Assembly: GCF_006345805.1 (NCBI RefSeq) | Contig: NC_043022.1 | Location: 18,228,001-18,292,000, forward strand | From: Octopus sinensis | Taxonomy: Eukaryota | DNA: 64,000 nt | Reading direction: 5' to 3' | Part shown: one piece after another, positions 51,523 to 64,000 of the stretch | How positions within the stretch are numbered: position 1 is the first letter of the stretch | How the letters are laid out: each line of letters opens with the position of its first letter | Notes under the pieces: model-generated | What the model saw: the letters and a program-made list of their open reading frames with translations, nothing else | Database searches by the model: none | What the model was told of the DNA's origin: nothing | Made by a program: the position numbers and the translations under genes

Positions 51523-52552
51523 TCTATATATATATGTCTTATATATATATCTATATATAGATATATATCTATATATATATCATATATATATATATATATA
51601 TATGACTATATATATATATATACTATATATATATATATATATATATACATACACACACGTATACACGTGCATTCATAATATGCATAACACAAATAGAATC
51701 ATGAACATTAAACCACTCGCACGTACACACACATTATGCACATAACTGCACTCTGATACCTGCACTGCTACTGCATAAAATATTTGTGTGTGTGTCTGTG
51801 TGTATGTGCATATTTATATATATATATATGTGTGTATGTATGTATAAGTGTATGCACATTCACACACGAGATATCAACTACTGATTTGCTGTTACATGAA
51901 CTCCCCTTTCTAAGTCTCAACTAATCTGACACATACATACATACACAGAATTATATTCATATTTTCATACACAGCCTCACACACACACACACACCACACA
52001 CACACATATAGTGGAGTTACATGTACAACCAGGCTGCACCCTATCCCATCATGCATTGCACAGTCAGTTCATCTTACATTCCTGTCTTCCATTAAGGTAT
52101 CCAGTTGCCACTGACGATTCAACTTCCTGACTGTTGGTGTATCACGTATCACACACATTCACACACACACGCGCACACAACACAGTCAACAGACGCCCTT
52201 CTATGTATGTATGTATGTATGTATATCTGTGTGTATGTGTCTGCATTTGTTTACGCATACACACACTCTCACACATTCATATACAAATGCCCGTATATAC
52301 ATACACATGTATAATTATATATATTTATCATATGTATGATGTATATTGTGTGTTTTGAGTGTGTTTAATTATAAGGCACAAAAAGGGAATGACTCTCCCC
52401 AGACACAACAGAATATGCTTCAACACACGAACTCACATAAAGAATCTTGCAAACCAAATCCCAAAACTATATATATATATAGTTTTGGGATGCTTCCTGA
52501 AGATTTCATCTGAATGAAACAGTTCTAGTCCTGTAGAAGCTCCTTCTATAAA

Positions 52553-52584
<32 letters not shown>

Positions 52585-52634
52585 GTCTCTCTCTCTCACA
52601 TATATATATATATATATATATATATCTTTCTCTC

Positions 52635-52847
52635 TCTTTTCTCTTTTACTTGTTTCAGTCATTTGACTGCAGCCATGCTGGAGCACCGCATTTAGTTGAG
52701 CAAATCGACCCCGGGACTTATTATTTGTAAGCCCAGTACTTATTCTATCGGTCTCTTTTGCCGAACCGCTAAGTGACGGGGACATAAACACACCATCATC
52801 GGTTGTCAAGCAATGCTAAGGGGACAAACGCAGACACACAAACATAT

Positions 52848-52888
<41 letters not shown>

Positions 52889-53050
52889 TACGACGGGCTT
52901 CTTTCAGTTTCCGTCTACCAAATCCACTCACAAGGCTTTAGTCGGCCCGAGGCTATAGCAGAAGACACTTGCCCAAGGTGCCACACAGTGGGACTGCACC
53001 CGGAACCATGTGGTTGGTAAGCAAGCTACTTACCACACAGCCACTCCTGC
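52635..53050 (-). mobile_element. SINE family B, full length
   Basis: Matches other B copies. Confidence 0.9.
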
Positions 53051-53454
53051 TAAAATAATGAGGCTAGAAATTGATATCATCAATCAGCATCAATTTAAAC
53101 CAGTGGTGTAGCGTATTCAAAAAAATCTGAAGATTTAAAAATTATATTACAGTTAATAAGAGGAGTTGGATTCCTATGCTCTAAGGCAATTTACCATCTA
53201 TCTCTAGCGTACAGGAATCCACTTTAGTGGTTCTCCTTCTTATTAACTGTTATATATGTATATGCATGTACAAATATATTTGAGCAAATACATCCATGTA
53301 TTACAAATATGCTGACAGAGACAGCCCCTTGCTTTTGTATATACACTGTTCAACACCCATAAACACACACACATTATATATATATATATATATATATGTT
53401 GGATCGTTAACCCCTACACGCAATTTTTTTCTCTCCTTGTTTCTTTTCTGTGTA

Positions 53455-53492
53455 TCTTTCTGTCGAAGAGCGTAGGCTCGAAATGTAAAAGA
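53455..53492 (+). ncRNA. Minimal type I hammerhead-like motif (variant core CUGUCGA) in PLE-like fragment 53420-53590
   Basis: tcttt-ctgtcga-a-gagc-gtag-gctc-gaaa-tgta-aaaga; paralogous to 9706-9743. Confidence 0.5.
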
Positions 53493-53608
53493 CTTGTTTT
53501 ATTTCTATTCCTGAGCGCCATACTAATACATTTGTTTGTTTGTACTCCACCTGCCTTCGTCTTTTGTTTATTTTCGTAAACCTTCCTGTTATATATATAT
53601 ATATATTA

Positions 53609-53641
<33 letters not shown>

Positions 53642-53646
<5 letters not shown>

Positions 53647-53860
53647 TTACTACCCACAAGGGGCTAAACACAGAGGAGACAAACAAGGACAGACAAAGCG
53701 ATTAAATCGATTACATCGACCCCAGTGCGTAACTGGTACTTAATTTATCGACCCTGAAAGAATGAAAGGCAAAGTCGACCTCAGCGGAATTTGAACTCAG
53801 AACGTAACGACAGACGAAATACAGCTACGCATTTCACCCGGCGTGCTAACGCTTCTGCCA
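53642..53860 (-). mobile_element. SINE family A
   Basis: tacccacaaggggctaaacac...cggcgtgctaacgcttctgcca. Confidence 0.9.
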
Positions 53861-53894
53861 AGTGTTCAGCCTATAACCATCCTATTTTTTCATT

Positions 53895-54290
53895 CTAAGT
53901 GTATCTAGGAGTACATTTAGGTTCATGTTGTTGTTAAACCCTAGGTCAGTCCTCATTCAAAGAGACCTCTGATCAAAGATGTTCCAGTTATGACCACCAT
54001 GCTTTTTATTCAAACATAGTGTGTCTAGGACTATGTTATCTAATGTGTCAATCCTCATTTACTCTCAGGTCAGTCCTGATCTGCCAGATCTCTGATCAAA
54101 GACGTTCCATTTATGGCCATCCTGTCTTTTATTCAGACATAATGTATCTAGGACTACATTATCTAATGTGTCAATCCTCATTTACTCTCAGGTCAGTCCT
54201 GATCTCTGATCAAAGACGTTCCATTTATGGCCATCCTGTCTTTTATTCAGGCATAGTGTATCTAGGACTACCTTATCTAATGTGTCCTTC
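53895..54290. repeat. Tandem repeat, ~115-125-bp unit, ~3 copies
   Basis: Recurrent gt(a/g)tctaggacta...tctgatcaaaga(c/t)gttcca...ttttattca. Confidence 0.85.
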
Positions 54291-54858
54291 TTTGTTCTTA
54301 TTGTTTAACCCCTAATTCGGCACACACATTATTAGGGGTATTCCATCCATGACCAAGTGTGTGAACACATAAGACTTGTGTTGTCCGAGATAGACAATGA
54401 TTGAAAAAAACCAGCCCAGATGGTTGCAGCTGGAGTATTTTTGCCTCGGTCAGTCAATCAGAAAACTGAGCAGACTCCTCATCACCACACTGCCACCATC
54501 ACCGACCACCACCACCACCATCATGACCACCTGCACCCTCCCCCCCACTCACACCACAATCTCCCCCACCGCTGCCTAACCCACCCCCTTCCAAACATCG
54601 GAACAAAACATTATTATGAGATATTCTTGTTAGTAAATCTTATTTGTTTCTTGCCATTATTTTGGATAAAGAAGTAGGATGTGTGTGTGTGTGTGTGTGT
54701 GGTGTGTGTGTGTGTGTGTGTGATTAGGTTTGACCAATGGACTGGTCCATTGTGTATGTGTGGGGGAGAGAGACTAATGGACTGGTTAGTATGCAGGTAC
54801 ATGAAGCTGATTATGTTTGTGCATGTGTATGTATCTCTCTCTCTCTCTCTCTCTCTCC

Positions 54859-54896
<38 letters not shown>

Positions 54897-55029
54897 ATGT
54901 GTGTCTATATGTTTCTACGTGTGTGTATGTGTGTCTATATGTTTGTGTGTATGTGTGCATATATATGTATGTGTGTATCTGTGTCTGTGTGTATATATGT
55001 CTGTATATATGTATGTGTGTGTATAAATA

Positions 55030-55071
<42 letters not shown>

Positions 55072-55193
55072 GTGTATACACATACACACACACACATATA
55101 TGTACATATGTATATGTATTTATGGTGTGTGTGTATGTATATATATATATATCTGCATATGTATTAATACATAAACACACGTGTATGTGCACC

Positions 55194-55229
<36 letters not shown>

Positions 55230-55711
55230 CATGCAGGTATATCAAAGTGACAGGATGTGCAGCTGCCGTTAATGCTTCACATATACACCAACTCCACATG
55301 CCAATCTCAATGTATTGTATTAAATATGTATTGCATCAGATTGTTTCTGTGTGCACTCACCTGTGAACATCTGTATTTGTGTGTGTGCACATATATCTAT
55401 CTATTGGTGAGTGTGCATGTATCAGTGAGTGTATATGTGTGTGTGTGTGCAGATGTCAAACGTAGTCATTGTTTACTGTTTGTTACAATAAGCAACCAGT
55501 TTGATGGGTATGTCTATCTGTCTGTTTGTCTTTCTATTCATTCATCCATGCCTCGGTCTATATACATGTGTGTGTGTGTGTGTGTATAATATCTACACAT
55601 GCAGCAAGAGAGATCTTATATATGTTTATGTGTATGTTTATATGTATGTGCTTATATATATATATGAATGTGTATGTGTATATATGTGTCTATGATATAT
55701 GTATATATATG

Positions 55712-55760
<49 letters not shown>

Positions 55761-55784
55761 TGCACACATACAAGCATGGATATA

Positions 55785-55818
<34 letters not shown>

Positions 55819-56070
55819 ATATATATATAAATAAATATATATATATACCAATCGGGATTGTTACAGCTCCATCAAAAATGTTTCATGCCACTGGTCTTGT
55901 TTACCAAGGTGCACTCAACCATGATTTGAAAGAAGTAAATACATGACCCCTGTGACTATTATTTCTGGTAACCTAACATTGAGTGTGGAGCCTGAGAAGA
56001 CTGGCTGCAACCTTTAGATATAACCTTGGAATATTCTTCATAGATGCGTACATAGATGTGCGTGTGTATG

Positions 56071-56102
<32 letters not shown>

Positions 56103-56131
56103 CATACATACACAACGCACGTGTGTATGTG

Positions 56132-56745
56132 TTCTTTTACTCTTTTATTTGTTTCAGTCATTTGATTGTGGCCATGCTGGGGCATTGCCTTGAAAGGATT
56201 TCTTTGTCAAAGAAATCGACCCCAGGACTTAGTCTTTGTAAGCCTAGTACTTATTTAATCAGTGTCTTTTGCTGAACTGCTAAGCTAGAAGAATGTAAAC
56301 ACACTAACATTGGTTCTCAAGTTATGATAGAGAGACAAACATATATGTATATATTTATATATATGATGGGCTTCTTTCAGTTTCTGTTTACCAAATCCAC
56401 TCAGAAGGCTTTGGTTAGCCTGTGATTATAGTAGAAGACATTTACCTAAGGTGCTATGCAGTGGGACTGAACCCAGAACCATGTGGTTGGGAAGCAAGCT
56501 TCTTACCACACAATCATTTCTGTGTCTGCCGGACCCCCCCTGGTACCTGTGCAGGTGGCACGTAAAAAGCACCCACTAAACTCGCGGAGTGGTTAGCGTT
56601 AGGAAGGGCATCCAGCCGTAGAAACTCTGCCAGATCAGACTGGAGCCTGGAGCAGCCCCTGGCTTCCCAGACCCCGGTCGAACCGTCCAACCCGTGCTAG
56701 CGTGGAAAACGGACGTTAAACGATGATGATGATGATGATGATGAT
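56132..56745. mobile_element. SINE B (-, 56132-56520) adjacent to SINE C (+, 56528-56745)
   Basis: Family matches as above; C ends in (GAT)n. Confidence 0.85.
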
Positions 56746-57411
56746 ATATATATGAAGGGCTTCTTTCAGTTTCTGCCCACCAAATCTTTTCACAAGGTTC
56801 TAAGCAGTGGACATTTGTCCGAGGTGTCAGCAACCACTAAAGTTGATTTTGTTTAAAGTCGGAGGTACTACTAACCTTTTGGGGCTGGAAATTAATTTAA
56901 GACTAAAATTAATTTCCAGCCAAATACCGATGCAGTAACAAGAATTTATGAAACCCATATTTCACATGAAATATTCTGACCGTATCAAAATAATAATAGG
57001 ACTGAATATTTATTGTTCTTTTTCACCAATTTCATTAAGTATTTTAATTAAATTTCCTCAAATATTTCTTATTAAAAAGTGGTATTAACACTAAAGAGTG
57101 AAGGAATTTTTGTTTTAAATTCAAGAAATTTTTTTCTTATTAATTCTTTTTAATTTTATTTTAGAAATTTACATGATGGGGTTGGGGTTAAGTTATGAAC
57201 AATTCCATAAAGGTGGTGGGGGGGGTCGATGTTGGCTGACCCCCTTATCTGACCCTAACATAGAAGAGCCAAACATACATACCAACTGGATGATGATTTA
57301 ATTTATATTTATGCAAAGATATATAATAAGTTCAAATCAGATGGAGGTAAAAGAACAAGGTTGGCCTTTTTTCTTTGTAGTCAACAATATTTGCATAAAC
57401 AATAACTTAAC

Positions 57412-57829
57412 TTATCTCTTTATTGCCCACAAGGGGCTTAAACACAGAAGGGACAAACAAGGACAGACAAAGAGATTAAGTCGATTACATCAACCCCAGT
57501 GCGTAACTGGTACTTAATTTATTGACTCCGAAAGGATGAAAGGCAAAGTCAACCTCGGCGAATTTGAACTCAGAACGCAGCGGCAGACAAAATACCTATT
57601 TCTTTATTACCCACAAGGGGCTAAACACAGGGGGGACAAACAAGGACAAACAAACGGATTTAGTCGATTACATCGACCCCAGTGCATAACTGGTACTTAA
57701 TTTATCGACCCCGAAAGGATGAAAGGCAAAGTCGACCTCGGCGGAATTTGAACTCAGAACGTTGCGGCAGACAAAATACCGCTGAACATTTCGTCCGGTG
57801 TGCTAACATTTCTGCCAGCTCACCGCCTT
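57412..57829 (-). mobile_element. SINE A head-to-tail dimer: full copy 57596-57829 plus 5'-truncated copy 57412-57595
   Basis: Junction on the minus strand ...taataaagaaatag|gtattttgtctgccgc. Confidence 0.9.
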
Positions 57830-58080
57830 GCAGAAACAATAACTTACCTGCTTCTGCTGTACCTGAGCTGTTTCCAGAAGCAAATTCCTAACCCCAAGTG
57901 CACTTAGCACTTTCCCATTCATGAATTAGTCATGAAGGAAAGACAAGTCAATGCATTTACAGCATCCACGGAGCCACAGGGAATGTCCAAATGTTGGTCA
58001 AGCATAACTGTACATATCTGCCTTTGGGTCTCTCCACTCCCTTAGCCTTTTTCAAACATTCAATATATATGTGTGTATAT

Positions 58081-58286
58081 GTTTGTGTGTCTGTGTTTGT
58101 CCCCCCAACATTGCTTGACAACCGATGCTGGTGTGTTTATGTCCCCGTAACTTAGCGGTTCGGCAAAAACTGACCGATAGAATAAGTACTAGGCTTACAA
58201 AGAATAAGTCCTGGGGTCAATTTGCTCAACTAAAGGCAGTGCTCCAGCATGGCCGCAGTGAAATGACTGAAACAAGTAGAAGAGTA
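58081..58286 (+). mobile_element. SINE family B, 3' half
   Basis: ctgtgtttgtccccccaacattgcttgac...gaaacaagtagaagagta. Confidence 0.85.
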
Positions 58287-58379
58287 CACAGACTTTTCAG
58301 CTGATCCTTCTTTTCCCCACTGACTTACCAAATATTTTCTCATATCTGACCTTAACAGGAATTGAACCCTCACTGCCAG

Positions 58380-60560
58380 CACTATCATCATCATCATCAT
58401 GATTACCATTGTTCACATCACCACCACTCCCAACATTGTCATTGTCATCATCATCGTCATCATCCTTCACCACAAGCATCATCCTTCCTCATCATTATCC
58501 CTACCTCCATCCTCTTCATCATCATCATCACCAATGTACTGGTGATGTCGGTTGTGATAATGGTGATGATGATGATGATGTAACCATCACCATCATCATG
58601 GGGCTTGTCTATGCAATTTTGCTTAACTTGCTAGAAACCACCACCAAGTCCATTGCGACCACAACCAACACCACCACCACTACAATTACTACTATAACTT
58701 CTACTACTACCACCACCACTATAACAACTACCACCACTTCAGTCACTACTACCACCACCACCACTGCTGTCACTACTACCACCACCACCACTGAAGTCAC
58801 TACTACCACTACAACCACCACCACCACTGCTGTCACTACTACCACCATCACCACTGCTGTCACTACTCCACCACCACCACCACTGCCATCACTACTACCA
58901 CCACCACCACTGCTGTCACTACTACCACCACCACCACCACTGCCATCACTACTACCACCACCACCACTGCCGTCACTACTACCACCACCACTGCTGTCAC
59001 TACTACCACCACCACTACCGCAATGTCTAGTACCAGTACAGTTAATGGAGCCACTCCAAGTAAGCAGCAGGTCTCTCCTCCGCATCATTTCCTCTCCGAG
59101 ATGGCAATGATTCCTGTTCACTGACAGAATCAATGCACCGTTCTCCTTTCCATAGTTGCAACTGTTAAACTGCATACGATGATGCACTTAGCACCAGCTG
59201 CGCTTGTTGGTGTTTCGGGTTAGCTGGCACGCCATGCGGTCGTTAGCGTTTGTTGTGCAATACCATTAAGGTGTTGTTTCCTGACAACAATGACAATGGT
59301 GGTGGTGGTGTTTGATGTGGTTGTGATGATGGTATTGCTGATGATGATGATGATCATGAATCCAGTGGTACTATTTGTGATGATGGTGGTGGTTGTGGTG
59401 ATGGTTGCTGCTGAAGGTGGTGGTGGTGTTTGATGCAGGTTGTGCTGATGGTATTGCTGATGATGATGATGATCATGAATCCAGTGGTACTATTTGTGAT
59501 GATGGTGGTGGTTGTGATGAGGTTGCGATGAAGGTGGTTGTGATGTTTGAGCAGGTTGTGATGCTGGTTGTGCTGATGATGATGATGATCATGAACCAGT
59601 GGTATTTGTTGATGATGGGTGGTTGTGGTGATGGTGATGCTGAATGATGGGATGGTGTGTGAGTAGGTTGTGTGCTGATGTATTGGTGATGATGATGATG
59701 ATGATGGATCCAGTGGTACTATTTGTGATGATGGTGGTGGTGTGTGGTGATGGTTGCTGCTGAAGGTGGTGGTGTTTGATGCAGGTTGTGCTAATGGTAT
59801 TGACGATGATGATGATCATCATGATGAATTTCGTGGTTGTATTTGTGATGATGGTGGTGGTGATGATGATGATGGATCCGGTGGTACTATGTTTGATGGT
59901 GGTGGTGGTTGTGGTGATGGTTGCTGCTGAAGGTGGCGGTGGTGTTTGATGCAGGTTGTGCTGATGGTATTGATCATGATGAATTTCGTGGTTGGATTTG
60001 TGATGATGGTGGTGGTGATGATCATGATCATGATGATGGATCCAGTAGCTCTATTTGTGATGGTTGCTGCTGAGGTGGTGTGGTGGTGGTGTGTTTGATG
60101 CAGGCTATGCTGATGGTATTGATGATGATGGTGATGATGGTGGTGGTGATCATGATGAATCTCGTGGTTGCATTTGTGATGATGGTGGTGGTGGTGGTGC
60201 TGATGATGACAGATCCAGTGGTATTATTTGCGATGACGACGACGACAAATGTGGTGGTGATGATGATGACGATGGGATCAGGTGATAGCATTTGCGATGA
60301 TGAATCTGTTGAATTTGAGATGATGATGAAAAGGATCACGATGATGTAATGATGGTGATAAGGTTGATGACAGCAGGGGGGGGGGGTAGTTTTGGAAGTG
60401 GCAGTAGTTGTGATGGTGATGACAATAATAATAACCGTGGTGTTATATTAATGTTGGCAATGATGATGGTGGTGATGATGATGATGATGGTTATGATGAT
60501 GATGATCATAATGGCACTTATGAATGTGTTTATTGACAATGGTTATGATGATAGTTATGA
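58380..60560. repeat. Trinucleotide-rich domain: (CAT/CAC/TAC)n, then (GAT/GGT)n with a ~120-bp higher-order unit
   Basis: gatggttgctgctga(a)ggtgg...tgtttgatgcagg(t/c)tgtgct(g/a)atggtattga recurs at ~59400, 59750, 59920, 60060. Confidence 0.85.
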
Positions 60561-61070
60561 TGATGGTGATCATTACAATGGCACTTACCATCCTCGTAAC
60601 ATTAAAGATAAGCATTCTCCATCACTTCTATAACAACCACTACATTTTAATACCTGCCTCTCCACCACCCCCTCTCTCTCTCAATCTCTTTCCCCTTAAG
60701 GGTACAGAACCCTTATTGCTGTCATCAGCCCACTTGTCTTTGCATCGTCAAGTATCTAATGTCCATTTACATATCACGGCTATCTCGTTAATCACTCATT
60801 ACATCGTTAGCTTCAGCATTCGTACCTGTGGATCTCAATATTCTTAATATCCAGGCCAGATCCAAACATGGATTTTTTTTTTTTTTTTAGGGGTCCACAT
60901 CAAAAAGAGCAAAACGAGTCAGTTGACCCTTTGGCATTTGAACTGACCAAACTCGAGCCCAAATATTCTACGACTGGTTCTGGTCTCTCTCGCACCTACT
61001 CTACAATGTCATTCTGAAACTAAACAATGACATTATTGAAATCTCAAAGCTTTGGGATAATGTATGATTG

Positions 61071-61428
61071 AACCACATGGTTCCAGGTTCAGTCCCATCT
61101 ACTATTGCCTCGGGCTGACCAAAGCCTTGTGAGTGGGTTTGGTAGACAGAAACTGAAAGAAGCCCATCGTATATATATATATATATATTATATTATATGT
61201 ATATATATATGTGCGTGTGTTTTTGTATCTGTGTTTGTCCGCCCAACATTGCTTGACAACTGATGTTAGCATGTTTACGTCCCCGTAACTTAGCGGTTCA
61301 GCAAAAGAGATCGATAGAATAAGTACTAGGCTTAAAAAGAATAAATCCTGGGGCCAATTTGCTCGACTAAAGGCGGTGCTCCAGCATGGCCACAGTCACA
61401 TGACTGAAACAAGTAAACAAGTAAAAGA

Positions 61429-61430
<2 letters not shown>
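61071..61430 (+). mobile_element. SINE family B with partly deleted head
   Basis: aaccacatggttccaggttcagtccca...gtaaacaagtaaaagagt. Confidence 0.85.
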
Positions 61431-61470
<40 letters not shown>

Positions 61471-62039
61471 ATATGTATGTTGTATATATTTATACACACA
61501 CATATGCATCCTATCGAAGGCCTTGAATACTATCTCCAGTTCATATTCCAAATATTGTTATATTCTTTTTCCGTCATCTTTTCATTAAAAGATAGATTTT
61601 CTTGCGTGTGTATATATGTATGTTTATTCTTAGTACCTGTTTGGAAATTCATTTTGTTAAAATGAGAACATGGAACTTGTATGCATACACACATCCAAAC
61701 ATACATGCATGTATCAATGCAGGCATGTATATATGATACACAAACACATACACACACACAGCATCATTCCTACATTGTAGACACATACACATACATGTAT
61801 ATAAATACACATACATATATCCCAATATAATAGTCACACGGACACACTATACCATGTATATGAAACCAGCATCACACAAATATATAACCATGCATATACA
61901 TGTAACTAAACACACACACTTGTATAACTGCATATACACGTACACACATAGTACCTATATACACAAAAACACACACACACACACACACAGAAACACCAAC
62001 ATGCACAACACACAGATCTGTCATTCATATATTCATATA

Positions 62040-62733
62040 ATATGCGCACACACATACACACACACACACATTTTTAGACACATCTGTATGTCTATACACA
62101 CTGAAATCTGTATAAAAACGTGTACACACGCATTTACATACATAAATATGCACATGCACACACACACAGCACACACACACACACAACACACACACACCAC
62201 ACATTCTAGGCACATCTGTATGTCTATACACCTGACTCTGTATAAAAACGTGTACACACGCATTTACATACATGAAATATGCACATGCACACACACACAC
62301 ACACACACACATACACACACACACACACATTTCTAGGCACATCTGTATGTCTATACACACTGAAATCTGTATAAAAACGTGTACACACGCATTTACATAC
62401 ATGAAATATGCACATGCACACACACACACACACACATTTCTAGGCACATCTGTATGTCTATACACACTGAAATCTGTATAAAAACGTGTACACACGCATT
62501 TACATACATGAAATATGCACATCCACCCACACACACACACACTTTCTAGCACATCTGTATGTCTATACACACTGAAATCTGTATAAAAACGTTACACACG
62601 CATTTACATACATGAAATATGCACATGCACACACACACACACACACATTTCTAGGCACATCTGTATGTCTATACACACTGAAATCTGTATAAAAACGTGT
62701 ACACACGCATTTACATACATGAAATATGCACAT

Positions 62734-62765
<32 letters not shown>
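62040..62765. repeat. Compound minisatellite: 6 copies of an ~85-bp constant core separated by variable (CA)n spacers
   Basis: Core ttctaggcacatctgtatgtctatacacactgaaatctgtataaaaacgtgtacacacgcatttacatacatgaaatatgcacat. Confidence 0.92.
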
Positions 62766-63029
62766 CACTGAGTCCCAAAATACAATAGACACACATACAC
62801 ACGTGTGTAAATATGTATACGCATACATATGCAGACATATAATGCACAAACCCTCACACACACACACACATATATATATATAGAACCATAAATACACATA
62901 TACACACTCACATATATCTAAACACACGTAGAAACATGTTTAAATACAGATACACACATATGTATACACGTCTCATACATGGATTACTGCACATACATGT
63001 CATACAGATGAATAATCACACACATACAT

Positions 63030-63420
63030 CATACACACACATGCTTAACCACACACATGCTTAACCACACACATACATCATACACACGCTTAACCACACA
63101 TACACATACATCATACACACACATGCTTAACCACACACACATCATACACACACTTAACCACATACACGCATGCATGCTTAACCACGCATACACGCACATA
63201 CACATCATACACACGCATGCTTAACCACGCATACACATGCTTAACCATATATATATACACACATACACACACATCATACACGCTTATCGACATACAAACA
63301 TATCATACGCACGCTTAACCACACACACATACACATCATACATGTTTAACTCCACATACACACACATACGCACACATGCATAACCACACATACACACTCT
63401 TAACCATGCATACACACACA
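63030..63420. repeat. Degenerate minisatellite with gcttaaccacac anchor
   Basis: The anchor recurs roughly 10 times among CA/CATA runs. Confidence 0.8.
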
Positions 63421-64000
63421 TACGCACACATACATACGCTTAACTACATCATACATACACATACACTGCAAACGCCAACAATGCGCAGAACACATCATTT
63501 ACATGCACGTGCACACACACACACATAAACACACCACAAACACGTTTAGATACAAATACACATACATGTACACACACACACACACACGCACGCACGCACA
63601 CACACACACACTCTCTCACACATCATACCACTCGTATATAGAACCAGCAACATGCAACTACACACACACACACACACACACACACATGCACACAGACAAC
63701 ATCAACAGACAGGAGAGTCAGAGAGACACACAGACATATATATTCCGCCGCCACCACCACCACCACCCCCAACGCCGCCACCACCCACCTCATCCCCCAG
63801 CCCCTCCACCCCCACCCACCCACCACTCTCTGTATCCAGTCATCTCACATGTTGTTAACTTCACAAACAAAACCTCTATTACATAACCATCTGCTTCGAG
63901 AAGGACTATTTTCTTCATAATATATGGATTATTATTCATATTATTGCATTTACACCACCACCACCACAACCACTACCACCACCACCACCTTCAATACCTG

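Noticed and set aside
56883-56921. 16-bp perfect stem-loop ggctggaaattaattt/aaattaatttccagcc
   Set aside because: Short and AT-rich; terminator logic does not apply to this eukaryotic context, and there is no other support.
58409-59187. Thr/Pro-rich mucin-like ORF and Gly/Val-rich antisense ORF
   Set aside because: Trinucleotide repeat read-through; no signal peptide or domain recognised.
62040-62765. CRISPR-like repeat-spacer appearance
   Set aside because: The repeat is too long and the spacers are only CA runs; no cas genes.
63030-63420. Interstitial telomeric repeat
   Set aside because: The anchor is TTAACC embedded in CA runs, not tandem TTAGGG/CCCTAA.

Overview
Eukaryotic, AT-rich, very repeat-dense DNA. 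The SINE families and microsatellite load resemble octopod cephalopod (Octopus-type) genomes; this is inferred from recall, not from a search. No intact protein-coding gene is recognisable, and almost all supplied ORFs are read-throughs of microsatellites or SINEs. Supported content: (i) a decayed hAT transposase at ~1345-2870 with a 10 x 38-bp minisatellite expanded from its own coding sequence; (ii) two 3' remnants of RTE-type LINEs; (iii) dozens of copies of at least five SINE families, labelled A-E here; (iv) an 11 x ~220-bp head-to-tail array of SINE A at 25796-28214, flanked by a 13-bp direct repeat; (v) several (TA)n-flanked Penelope-like fragments, some palindromic, carrying minimal type I hammerhead-ribozyme-like motifs; (vi) several long inverted repeats and minisatellites. 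The most interesting items are the SINE multimer/satellite behaviour, the hammerhead-like motifs (including a recurrent core variant) and the minisatellite born inside a transposase gene. All coordinates were read by eye and may be off by a few bases.
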